Positions 48,331-57,314 of a stretch of DNA of 64,000 nucleotides are shown one piece after another. The stretch covers positions 676 through 64,675 of the forward strand of contig CANGMZ010000002.1 of NCBI GenBank assembly GCA_947454715.1. Direction: 5' to 3'. Under the pieces are notes generated by a model, which did not search any database, was not told the DNA's origin, and worked only from the letters and a program-made list of their open reading frames with translations. This DNA comes from Chitinophagaceae bacterium. GTDB taxonomy: Bacteria > Bacteroidota > Bacteroidia > Chitinophagales > Chitinophagaceae. A program made the position numbers and the translations under genes. Each line of letters opens with the position of its first letter. Within the stretch, counting starts at the first letter, position 1.

Positions 48331-49405
48331 TTTTAAGGTTTTTTAAGTATGACGTTTCTGCAGGTATATTTATGGTAAATCTTGCTCCGCCAGTTGATTT
48401 GTTTTCTAGGGCAACTGAGCCTGATAGCGCTTCTGTAAAGCCTTTTACAATAGATAGTCCTAATCCTGTGCCTCCGGTTTTAGCATCTTTAAGCCTGTAA
48501 AATTTATCAAAAACATTGGCTATTTCTTCTTCGGGGAAGCCCTTGTCATCATCTTCTATTATTAGTTGAAGTACATCGGCATAGCACATAGCTGTTATGC
48601 TTATTTTACTATTTGCAATAGTATATCTAACAGCGTTGGTGAGGAGATTGTATATGATTTGTTCCAGCATACCTTTATCCAGTTTGAATAGCGGGATGTC
48701 GGGGTTTATATTTATACTGATTTTTTGCGGTGCATTATCTTCCTCAATCCTTTTTACAGCTTCATATATTACCTCGTTAATGTCACACCAATCTTTTTTG
48801 GGTTGCACAAATCCCGATTCTAAACGAGACATATTGAGTAGGTTTTCGACTTGTTGGTTCAGTCTTAATCCCGCTTTAGATATCTCATTGATTAGTTCAA
48901 ATCTATGTTGTGCGGTGAGTTTATTACTACCGGTTTGCAAATTGTCTGTTGCGCCAATAATAGCTGCAATAGGTGTGCGTAACTCGTGGGAAAGAGAATT
49001 GAGTAATGTATTGTATAATTTTACTGCGCCTGCTTTCTCTTCTTTTTGTCGGGCAATTTTTTCAATTTGTCTTATCTTATAGGTAAGTACTGCATTGACC
49101 ATTGCAATGACGAAGTACATGGATAAGAGAATTGCATCTTCAGCAGAAGCAACTTGAAGTGTAAAGTGTGGTGGTATGAAAAAATAGTCCCAAATTAATG
49201 CTGTTAGCACAGCGGTTAATAAAACAGGGAGAATCTCAAAAAACATGGCTATTAATGATACAGTAATGAGTAGCACAAATGCTACAACCCTGTAACCCAT
49301 ATACTCTGAAAGAAAATAGCTGATTGCCGATACAACAGAAACAGTCAGAATACTAATCAGAATCTGTTTCGGTGTGCTAATCTTCTTTAATAGAATATTT
49401 GCCAT
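48323..49405 (-). CDS. Short KdpD-like sensor kinase (DUF4118 TM + HisKA + HATPase)
   Basis: WDYFFIPPHFTL (DUF4118), NSLSHELRTP, NLLNMSRLESG, FDKFYR..GGTGLGLSI. No N-terminal KdpD or USP domain and no evident GAF. Confidence 0.88.
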   Translation of the reverse strand: MANILLKKISTPKQILISILTVSVVSAISYFLSEYMGYRVVAFVLLITVSLIAMFFEILPVLLTAVLTALIWDYFFIPPHFTLQVASAEDAILLSMYFVIAMVNAVLTYKIRQIEKIARQKEEKAGAVKLYNTLLNSLSHELRTPIAAIIGATDNLQTGSNKLTAQHRFELINEISKAGLRLNQQVENLLNMSRLESGFVQPKKDWCDINEVIYEAVKRIEEDNAPQKISININPDIPLFKLDKGMLEQIIYNLLTNAVRYTIANSKISITAMCYADVLQLIIEDDDKGFPEEEIANVFDKFYRLKDAKTGGTGLGLSIVKGFTEALSGSVALENKSTGGARFTINIPAETSYLKNLKNE

Positions 49406-49422
49406 TGCATTTTATTATTACA

Positions 49423-49430
49423 CAAAGGTA
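49423..49430 (-). promoter_or_regulatory. -7 promoter box TACCTTTG of the kinase-kdpE-kup-porin unit
   Basis: Consensus match 17 nt upstream of the kinase start. Confidence 0.65.
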
Positions 49431-49472
49431 TGTGCAGGTATGCAAAGGCAATATAAAAGGTATAGCCGGTAG

Positions 49473-49490
49473 TATAAAGATTTTATAAAG
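49473..49490 (-). promoter_or_regulatory. Putative KdpE box, CTTTATA-N4-CTTTATA
   Basis: Exact 7-bp direct repeat with 11-bp period, resembling the E. coli KdpE site TTTATA-N5-TTTACA. Confidence 0.6.
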
Positions 49491-49499
49491 AAAGGATAG

Positions 49500-50150
49500 T
49501 TATGGAGCTAACCTGCTTTTGTTCCATTCTCCGGTTTCGTCTATTGTAAATAGAATACGATCGTGCATACGGTTACTGCGACCTTGCCAAAATTCTATTT
49601 GCTCCGGCATTACATTATAACCTCCCCAATGTGCAGGGCGAGGTATAGCACCACCTGCAAACTTTGCTTCGTAGGTAGCATAGTTTTGCTCTATAATGTT
49701 TCTATCTGTAATTACCTGACTCTGAGGAGATGCCCAGGCGCCCAGGCGACTTCCTTCGGGGCGGGAGTTAAAGTAAATGTCGCTTTCTGCTTCAGGAAGT
49801 TTCTGAATAGTACCTTCAATACGTACCTGACGTTCCAACTCTTTCCAGAAAAAAAGTATAGCCACCTTATCGTTAGTTTCGATTTGATGGCCTTTGGCAC
49901 TGCTATAATTTGTAAAAAAGGTAAATCCCCCATCTTCTATTCCCTTCAGCAATACGATACGTGCATGTGGCTTACCATCAGCACTTACCGTTGCTAAGGT
50001 CATAGCATTGACCTCTGTTAATTGAGCCGTCAGGGCTTCATCAAACCACCTATGAAAAAAATGTATCGGATTGTCTCCTGTTGTTTGCTCATCGAGCGCA
50101 GCTAAACAGTAGTCCTGACGAATATGGGCAATATGGGATTGTACAGACAA
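49500..50150 (-). CDS. pdxH: Pyridoxamine 5'-phosphate oxidase
   Basis: ARIVLLK, FFTNYSSAKG, ERQVRIEG, SRPEGSR, EFWQGRSNRMHDR. Confidence 0.96.
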   Translation of the reverse strand: MSVQSHIAHIRQDYCLAALDEQTTGDNPIHFFHRWFDEALTAQLTEVNAMTLATVSADGKPHARIVLLKGIEDGGFTFFTNYSSAKGHQIETNDKVAILFFWKELERQVRIEGTIQKLPEAESDIYFNSRPEGSRLGAWASPQSQVITDRNIIEQNYATYEAKFAGGAIPRPAHWGGYNVMPEQIEFWQGRSNRMHDRILFTIDETGEWNKSRLAP

Positions 50151-50156
50151 GGTGTA

Positions 50157-50300
50157 TTACTTTTTGTCTCCTGTACCTAAATATTTTACCATTACGTAGA
50201 CAAGTTCTATTGTCAATAAGATACTGAATACCCACATCAAAGTAGGACCTACATTCTTATTGATATTATCGTAAAATGCACTAAGCATCAAATGGTTCAT
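50157..50300 (-). CDS. Small (47 aa) single-TM membrane protein, below the ORF-track cutoff
   Basis: MNHLMLSAFYDNINKNVGPTLMWVFSILLTIELVYVMVKYLGTGDKK; stop lies 6 nt before the pdxH start. Confidence 0.55.
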   Translation of the reverse strand: MNHLMLSAFYDNINKNVGPTLMWVFSILLTIELVYVMVKYLGTGDKK

Positions 50301-50505
50301 ATTGTTCTATTTTTCGGCTGCAAGATAATTATTTATGTTAAAAGGTCAAAGCAGTAATTGATTTATGTAAGAAAAGTATTTTGCTTAATGTGGATATTTT
50401 ACAATTTGTAAACCAATATTATTTGATGTTTATTATATTTGAATTTATTGCAATAATTTTGGTCTCGTTTTTTGTAATTATCTTCATTGCCAAATTAAGC
50501 ATTCA

Positions 50506-51732
50506 ATGCTGCTGCGTCACGTTCCGTTTTTAAAATCAGTATTCATTTATTCCTTTACCGCTTTTGGCGGTCCACAGGGGCACATGGGTATGATGATGAA
50601 AACTTTTGTGCAAAGAAGAAAGGATGTGACAGAAGATGAACTACTGGAATATAATGCGTTTTGCCAAATGTTGCCGGGGCCCTCTTCTACCCAAACAGTA
50701 ACATTGATAGCCATGAAACGTGGCGGCATTCCATTAGCATGTATTACCTTGCTGTTATGGGTATTGCCGGCGGCACTCATCATGAGTTTGTTCTCATTTC
50801 TCATTTTTTACTTCACCCCCGGGTCCATACATGGCAAGGGTTTACCACTCAACTTGTTTGCATACATACAGCCAATGTCGGTAGGCTTTGTGTGTTATGC
50901 TGCGGCTAAGATGATGGGGACCAGTATTAAGTATGTAGCCACTACTGCTATTATGATAGGTAGTATTTTGGCAACTGTCTTTTTTAAATCGCCCTGGGTT
51001 TTTCCTTGTTTACTGCTGTTGTCCGGTACTATCAGTAATTTCAGTAATCGCCGTATACCCGGTACACAACAAAAGCCTAAAAGAATAAATTGGATAAATT
51101 TATGGCTGTTTGCTCTACTCTTTATAGGGGCGGGTGTGGTCAGCGGCCTTTCTAAACAGCAGCACTGGAGCCATGGGCGTGTATATAATCTTTTTGAAAA
51201 TTTTTATAGATTCGGTACAATCGTTTTTGGTGGGGGACAGGCATTGCTGCCTATGATGTATTACCAGTTTGTAAGTATGCCGGCACAACATCATGCAGTT
51301 GTTACATTAAGTGCACAACAGTTACTCACAGGTTATGGTATGGTTCAGGCTGTGCCCGGGCCGGTATTCTCTATTTGTTCTTATGTTGGTGGTGTAACCA
51401 TGAGCGGTGAAGGACCAATGTGGCAAGCAATAGGTTGTGCTGTTGCTACTGTAGCTGTTTTTCTGCCAAGTACATTATTGTTGTTTTTCTTCTTCCCTAT
51501 TTATGAGAACCTGAAGCACCATGTAATCATTTTCAGGGCTTTGGAGGGAATAAATGCGGCTATTGTAGGAATAATCTGGGCATCAGGTATCGTATTATTT
51601 CAGTCTATACAGTTTGAATGGAGCAACATTGTAGTGGTGGTTATAACTTTTTGTCTATTATACTTCAGTAAAATACCTTCTCCGCTTATAGTTTTAGGTT
51701 GGCTTTTGATGGGGCTTACGCTTCATGTATAA
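50506..51732 (+). CDS. chrA: Chromate/anion efflux transporter (long-chain CHR)
   Basis: AFGGP..H, CQMLPGPSS, VFGGGQ, QAVPGP. Confidence 0.92.
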   Translation: MLLRHVPFLKSVFIYSFTAFGGPQGHMGMMMKTFVQRRKDVTEDELLEYNAFCQMLPGPSSTQTVTLIAMKRGGIPLACITLLLWVLPAALIMSLFSFLIFYFTPGSIHGKGLPLNLFAYIQPMSVGFVCYAAAKMMGTSIKYVATTAIMIGSILATVFFKSPWVFPCLLLLSGTISNFSNRRIPGTQQKPKRINWINLWLFALLFIGAGVVSGLSKQQHWSHGRVYNLFENFYRFGTIVFGGGQALLPMMYYQFVSMPAQHHAVVTLSAQQLLTGYGMVQAVPGPVFSICSYVGGVTMSGEGPMWQAIGCAVATVAVFLPSTLLLFFFFPIYENLKHHVIIFRALEGINAAIVGIIWASGIVLFQSIQFEWSNIVVVVITFCLLYFSKIPSPLIVLGWLLMGLTLHV

Positions 51733-51749
51733 GGAATATGACGTCAAGT

Positions 51750-51798
51750 GACTTTAACAAGAAAGGGAAGCAATTGGCTTCCCTTTCTTGTTAAAGTC
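51750..51798. terminator. Bidirectional terminator with 22-bp stem
   Basis: GACTTTAACAAGAAAGGGAAGC / GCTTCCCTTTCTTGTTAAAGTC. Confidence 0.8.
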
Positions 51799-51814
51799 GA
51801 AATAGATTGATCTA

Positions 51815-52453
51815 TTATTCCTTTTCTTGCAGTAATTTATTGATGTCGCTAATCAGTTTGTTGATGTCATTTTGATCCAACCCATCATAAAAACCTCTTA
51901 TGCGGCCATATTTGTCAACGAGAGAATAGTGTTTGTCGTGTATGAAGTCACTTTCTATTTTCACACCTGCGGTGTCATCTTCAGCACTAATCAGGTAGCT
52001 ATAGCGTGCCATATCATAGAGTTGTTTTTTGTCGCCGGTTAGAAACATCCATTGTTGAGGGTCAGCATCAAATCTGAGACTATATGCTTTTAGTGCTTCT
52101 ACGGTGTCTTTTTTCGGGTCAACGGTATGAGATAGTATAATAACGTTTTTATTTCCTTGAAACGCTTTGTATACTTTTGTCATGTTCTCATTCATTCTCG
52201 GGCAGATACCTTTACAGGTTGCAAAGAAATAAGACACAACACATATCTTTCCCTGTACATCTTTTTCGGTAATCACTTTGCCCTCCTGGTTCTTAAAAGA
52301 GAATGGCTGAACATGGTGATTTTGGTCTGCACCAATTATGGGGAGCATCACTTTTTTTGCACCATGGCTTACTTTGTAATAGTAACCGAGAAAAGAAATA
52401 CCCAACACAATAAAGAAAGTAATGAGAATGACGCCTGTTTTCTTGTTATTCAT
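51815..52453 (-). CDS. SCO1/SenC family copper chaperone
   Basis: YFFATCKGICP (CxxxC), SHTVDP, FIH, RIRGFYDG. Confidence 0.93.
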   Translation of the reverse strand: MNNKKTGVILITFFIVLGISFLGYYYKVSHGAKKVMLPIIGADQNHHVQPFSFKNQEGKVITEKDVQGKICVVSYFFATCKGICPRMNENMTKVYKAFQGNKNVIILSHTVDPKKDTVEALKAYSLRFDADPQQWMFLTGDKKQLYDMARYSYLISAEDDTAGVKIESDFIHDKHYSLVDKYGRIRGFYDGLDQNDINKLISDINKLLQEKE

Positions 52454-52596
52454 GAATGCAAAATTAAACCTAAAAAGCCGTAAACAGGTTTTGTATGTAT
52501 GTGGTAAATATAATGTGATAGTAAAACAAGCCTTGGTTTGTCTTAAAGAAATGTGAAAATGCGATCTAATCAGGAAATAAGCGCACTTTATTTAGC

Positions 52597-53001
52597 TTAT
52601 CCTTTATCAACAGAGAAACGTCCAGGGCCTAAAAATAACAGACCAATATATACAAATCCCAATTCGATTGCTTCGGATGCTTCGCCTATGCTACTGCCAG
52701 TATCAAAATGGTGTAAAGTGGCTACTATGAACAAAAATATCATAAACAGGCTCACCAATCTGAACCATAGCCCGAGTATCGAAAATAAGCCCCCTATAGT
52801 TTCTGTGAGTGCTGCAATAAATCCCCAAAATGTTGGCCAGAAGTGAATATGTAATGATCCCATTGCTGAGCCTAAACCTGCCCACTTTTCGGGATGGGTA
52901 ATTTTAGGTAATCCATGAAATACCATCATAGCACCAATGCCCACACGCATGATAAATAAGCCTGCATTTTTATAATTACCTAATTGTGAAAATAGCGCCA
53001 T
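52597..53001 (-). CDS. DoxX-family membrane protein
   Basis: MRVGIGAMMVFHGLPKI, ETIGGL..LGL, GPGRFSVD. Confidence 0.9.
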   Translation of the reverse strand: MALFSQLGNYKNAGLFIMRVGIGAMMVFHGLPKITHPEKWAGLGSAMGSLHIHFWPTFWGFIAALTETIGGLFSILGLWFRLVSLFMIFLFIVATLHHFDTGSSIGEASEAIELGFVYIGLLFLGPGRFSVDKG

Positions 53002-53104
53002 GACAATTTTGATGTTTATGATGTGTGGTAAATTTACTAAGCATTGTTAATACTACAGCCTTCGCGTGGAATATTTCTGTTTTCCTAGACGTAAGTACTA
53101 TTTG

Positions 53105-54172
53105 TTACTTGGTGAGTGTTATCAAAACAGGGAAATGATCGCTATAGCCATTTATCCATCTGCTACCGGCAAAAGACCTGTGAGGTATAGGTGCGTGTTT
53201 TTTAGATGTTTCTGTTATAAACTCAGGGTTGTAAATTTCTGCACTGTTATATTGTAGGTGTCCATTCGCTGAATTTAAAAATGAGCCTGTGATTATTATT
53301 TGGTCAAACAAATTCCAACTGTTATTATACTTCTCTGTTCCGTTTCCTGATTTGTAAATTTCTGCAAACGGGTTGAATAGTTCCGTGTCTTCAACTTCTT
53401 TAATATTATGGTTGGCATCAAGCGTACTGAGTATACTTTGGTCGTTTGGGTTGTCATTGAAGTCGCCCATAACAATTATTCTTGCATGTTTGTCGGTAGA
53501 GGTTATAGCATCCATAGCTTCTTTGTTTATTCGTGCTGCGGCTATACGTTTTATCTCACTTTTTTCTTCATCACCTCTTCGTGATGTCCAGTGATTAATA
53601 AATACATGTACCGTGTCGCCATCGAGAATGCCATATATGTGTAGTATATCTCTGGAGTGCGCACCGTTGCTAAAAACAACCGGGATTGTTTCTTCTTTAA
53701 GTAATTTGAAAAGAGAGGGGTTATATATAAAGCCAACATTAATGCCTCTTGGATCAGGACCAAAGTGGCAAATATGTTGATAATGCATTGGTGCTAACTC
53801 GGGTTGATTGCAAAGGTCTTTTAGTACACCATCATTTTCAATTTCAGCAAGACCTGCAATAGCTGGTGCCTGATGTTTTTTGTTATCCATACTTTGCAAT
53901 ACGGTTGCAATATTGTGCAGCTTTTGCTCATATATTTTTTGTGTGTAGTGATATTTTCCGTCAGGTGTGAAATCTCTGTCTTCTTTTCCCTGCTCGTGAT
54001 TGATGTCAAACAGGTTTTCACAATTGTAAAAAGCGATGGTAATGCTATTCACATTTACCTGTGTGAAATCAGCTGATTTATTTTGTTGATTTTGAGCGCA
54101 ACTAATTAATAATAAATTGATTGTCAGGTATGTTAAGTTGGCTTTAAATGTGCCCAGAATTGTCATTTTCAC
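53105..54172 (-). CDS. Endonuclease/exonuclease/phosphatase-family lipoprotein
   Basis: LISC lipobox, FYNCENLFD, GLAEIEN, MGDFND, FDQII, YSDHFP. Confidence 0.9.
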   Translation of the reverse strand: MKMTILGTFKANLTYLTINLLLISCAQNQQNKSADFTQVNVNSITIAFYNCENLFDINHEQGKEDRDFTPDGKYHYTQKIYEQKLHNIATVLQSMDNKKHQAPAIAGLAEIENDGVLKDLCNQPELAPMHYQHICHFGPDPRGINVGFIYNPSLFKLLKEETIPVVFSNGAHSRDILHIYGILDGDTVHVFINHWTSRRGDEEKSEIKRIAAARINKEAMDAITSTDKHARIIVMGDFNDNPNDQSILSTLDANHNIKEVEDTELFNPFAEIYKSGNGTEKYNNSWNLFDQIIITGSFLNSANGHLQYNSAEIYNPEFITETSKKHAPIPHRSFAGSRWINGYSDHFPVLITLTK

Positions 54173-54229
54173 TTGATAATATTGTTAGGGTGAAGCGTTT
54201 TATTTACCTTCACAAAAATACGTTTTGAT

Positions 54230-54727
54230 ATGTCTCTTAATCAAATTTTAATTGCTGAGTTAAAGCAGGAATCTGCGAGCACACGTAGAATGCTGGAGCG
54301 TGTGCCATGTGAAAATGGTACATGGAAGCCACATGAAAAATCAATGAATATCGGTCGATTGGCTGCGCACGTTGCAGAGTTGCCGGGTTGGATATCAATG
54401 ATAATGACCACTCCGGAACTTGATTTTGCTGTCAGAGAGTTTAAACCAGCTGTTTTTGATAAAACAGAAGATTTACTTTCGTTTTTTGATAAGAAGGTTG
54501 ATGAAGCAGCAACAATATTAGCTAATGCAGCTCCTGAAGAATTTGGGAATAACTGGACTTTGCGCAATGGTGAACATATTATTTTTACTATGCCTAAAGC
54601 AGTTGTGCTAAGATCTTATGCATATAGTCATCAATATCATCACAGAGGGCAGTTGAGCGTATATCTACGCTTGCTTAATATACCTGTTCCGGGTATGTAT
54701 GGCCCAACTGCGGACGACAACAATTAA
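54230..54727 (+). CDS. DinB/YfiT-family protein
   Basis: WKPHEKSM..LAAHVA, HQYHHRGQLSVYLR. Confidence 0.92.
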   Translation: MSLNQILIAELKQESASTRRMLERVPCENGTWKPHEKSMNIGRLAAHVAELPGWISMIMTTPELDFAVREFKPAVFDKTEDLLSFFDKKVDEAATILANAAPEEFGNNWTLRNGEHIIFTMPKAVVLRSYAYSHQYHHRGQLSVYLRLLNIPVPGMYGPTADDNN

Positions 54728-54748
54728 TTATTAGTAGTTGAAATGTTA

Positions 54749-54790
54749 TACAAATAGAAAAAGCGGCCATTGCCGCTTTTTCTATTTGTA
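54749..54790. terminator. Bidirectional terminator with 19-bp stem
   Basis: TACAAATAGAAAAAGCGGC / GCCGCTTTTTCTATTTGTA. Confidence 0.8.
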
Positions 54791-54805
54791 TAAGGAGTAT
54801 TTTGG

Positions 54806-55486
54806 TTAGCTATTGTTCGCCAATCTGCTTTCTTTCATTATTTGCCAACTTGATGAACAGCCTAAACGGGTTGCCCCAGCATCGATCAGTTCTTTAGCAA
54901 AAGCATAATTTCTGATACCCCCTGATGCTTTTATGCCCATACGAGCTGGAATATTGCTCTTAATAAGTCTGATGGCATGAACTGTTGCGCCTATGTCAGC
55001 AAAGCCAGTTGATGTTTTGATATAATCTATCTTAAAATTACTGTATAGTTGACAACATTTTATGATTTCACTATCAGTAAGTATACCGGTTTCCAATATT
55101 ACCTTCATTACCTTACCTGCATCGTGTACCGGTTTCAAGCATGCGGCTATTTCTTCTTCCAATAATTTCCAGTTGCCATTTTTAAGTGCACAAAGGTCAT
55201 GTACCATATCTACTTCGTCAGCACCCATTGATAAGGCATCGTCTATTTCTCTTAATTTGACGTCGGTAACATTGTACCCTAATGGGAACCCAATAACAGT
55301 CGCTACTTTTACTCTGGAGCCATCAAGCAGTTTTTTTGCATCCAAAACATATTTTGGAGGTACACAAACCGCAACGAAATTTTCCATTGAAGCTTCAACG
55401 CATACTTTATCTACTTCTGCAAGAGTAGTAGTTTGCTTAAGAATTGTATGCTCGATATAGGATGCTATGTTAAGTGGCATTATCAA
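54806..55486 (-). CDS. deoC: Deoxyribose-phosphate aldolase
   Basis: IEHTIL, TVIGFPLG, KVILETG, IKTSTGF, IKASGGIR. Confidence 0.96.
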   Translation of the reverse strand: MIMPLNIASYIEHTILKQTTTLAEVDKVCVEASMENFVAVCVPPKYVLDAKKLLDGSRVKVATVIGFPLGYNVTDVKLREIDDALSMGADEVDMVHDLCALKNGNWKLLEEEIAACLKPVHDAGKVMKVILETGILTDSEIIKCCQLYSNFKIDYIKTSTGFADIGATVHAIRLIKSNIPARMGIKASGGIRNYAFAKELIDAGATRLGCSSSWQIMKESRLANNS

Positions 55487-55577
55487 AATATTAATTGCTT
55501 ACAAATTTACACTTAAAAACACACGATAAAAAACTATAAAAGGTAATTTTTGAATTATTTGACTGAAAACAACCTTA

Positions 55578-55617
55578 AAATAAAATAAGTGTTACCGTAG
55601 CAACACTTATTTTATTT
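55578..55617 (-). terminator. Terminator downstream of icd
   Basis: AAATAAAATAAGTGTT / AACACTTATTTTATTT. Confidence 0.6.
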
Positions 55618-55641
55618 ATTTTTATATATTGGCTTTGCTGT

Positions 55642-56916
55642 TTATTCCAGATTTTTGATGATTTCTTCTGCGAACTCGCTGGTTTTCAATAAGGTAGCAT
55701 CGTGCATAAGGTTGTAGAAATCTATAGTAACCCTTTTACGTTTTATGGTTGTCGCCAATGCGCGCTCAATGCTTTGTGCAGCTTCGTTCCAGCCCATATA
55801 TTCCAACATCATCACTCCGCTCAATAGTAAAGATGATGGGTTCATGGTGTTAGTATTTGCAAAGCGAGGTGCTGTACCATGTGTTGCTTCAAACACAGCG
55901 TGGCCAGTCAGGTAATTGATGTTCGCTCCCGGAGAAATACCAATTCCGCCAACAGCGGCAGCGGCAGCGTCAGAAATATAATCGCCATTAAGGTTTAATG
56001 TTGCAATAACTGAGTAGTCTTGAGGTGCTAACAGTATCTGTTGAAGGAAATTATCTGCAATAACATCGTTAACAATAAGTTTGCCTGCAGCTTTGGCAGT
56101 TTTTAATTCATTGTTTGCTGCTTCTTCGCCATTCGCTTTTTTGGCGCGCTCCCATTGCTCCCACGTGTATACTTTATCACCAAATTCGCGTTCTGCAAGC
56201 TCATATCCCCATATTTTGAAACCACCTTCAGTGTATTTCATAATATTTCCCTTGTGAACTATTGATACTGTAGGTTGTTTGTTTTCTAGTGCATACTTGA
56301 TTGCCGCACGTACAAGTCTTTCACTGCCTTCTTTAGATACCGGTTTGATACCGAATGCAGAAGTTTCCGGGAAGCGGATTTTCTTTCCTGCTCCAAGTTC
56401 GTTTGTGAGGAAGTCGAGTAGTTTCTTAGCCTCAGGGCTTCCTTGGCTGAACTCTATACCGGCGTATATATCTTCCGTATTTTCTCTGAAGATTACAAAA
56501 TTTACATTTTCCGGGTGTACAACCGGAGAAGGAACACCTTTATACCATTTTACAGGACGAAGGCAAACATAAAGGTCCAGTTCCTGACGCATAGCTACGT
56601 TCAGCGAACGAATGCCACCACCTACAGGTGTAGTCAGTGGCCCTTTAATAGATACCAGATACTCACGAGCTATGTCAAGAGTTTCTGCAGGTAGCCATTG
56701 GCCGGTTTGGTTAAATGCTTTTTCGCCTGCAAGCATTTCTTTCCATTCTATTTTTCTGGTTCCCTTATACGAAATATTAACAGCGGCGTCCAATACCATC
56801 TTACTGGCATTCCATACATCTGGCCCAATTCCGTCGCCTTCAATGAATGGAATGATCGGATTTTCCGGAACATTCAGCAGACCATTACTGCCCATGGTTA
56901 TTTTCTGGGAATTCAT
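55642..56916 (-). CDS. icd: NADP-dependent isocitrate dehydrogenase
   Basis: [57 protein letters not shown]. Confidence 0.96.
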   Translation of the reverse strand: MNSQKITMGSNGLLNVPENPIIPFIEGDGIGPDVWNASKMVLDAAVNISYKGTRKIEWKEMLAGEKAFNQTGQWLPAETLDIAREYLVSIKGPLTTPVGGGIRSLNVAMRQELDLYVCLRPVKWYKGVPSPVVHPENVNFVIFRENTEDIYAGIEFSQGSPEAKKLLDFLTNELGAGKKIRFPETSAFGIKPVSKEGSERLVRAAIKYALENKQPTVSIVHKGNIMKYTEGGFKIWGYELAEREFGDKVYTWEQWERAKKANGEEAANNELKTAKAAGKLIVNDVIADNFLQQILLAPQDYSVIATLNLNGDYISDAAAAAVGGIGISPGANINYLTGHAVFEATHGTAPRFANTNTMNPSSLLLSGVMMLEYMGWNEAAQSIERALATTIKRKRVTIDFYNLMHDATLLKTSEFAEEIIKNLE

Positions 56917-57314
56917 TCTAATATTTTTTGTGCGAAGTTAAAGTTTGTTATGTGCGCATCCAATAGTTTACTTTTTAAACATAAATGTTTTGTAATAGTA
57001 TAGTTTTTGGTTTTTCATTATGCGTTTGTGTGTCTAAGTGAACAATGAACAGATTATTTCAGGAAAGTTTTTATAATTTTTGTTGTCCCTACACTTTTTG
57101 CAATTGAAAAAAAATAGAATAAATTTCGATTTTCTTTCTTTTAAGTTAATTTTTTGTAAATTTATTTTCATTTTAACCAAACTTTTTTGAGAAAATGATG
57201 GTCTTTTAGTAAAACACCGACAAAAGAGAAGTATATTATTTTATTTGTTGTTTTTTGGTGTTTTCCATGATTAGAAATTAGTAACTACTTGGTACACATT
57301 ATATATACTGTTTT

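Noticed and set aside
44178-54790. Long perfect inverted repeats (44178-44229, 51750-51798, 54749-54790) as MITEs or REP elements
   Set aside because: They share no sequence with each other, and each sits between convergent genes, as expected for bidirectional terminators.
56917-57314. 398-bp AT-rich intergenic region as a hidden gene or ncRNA
   Set aside because: No convincing ORF or stable structure was seen; it fits divergent promoters for icd and the adhesin.
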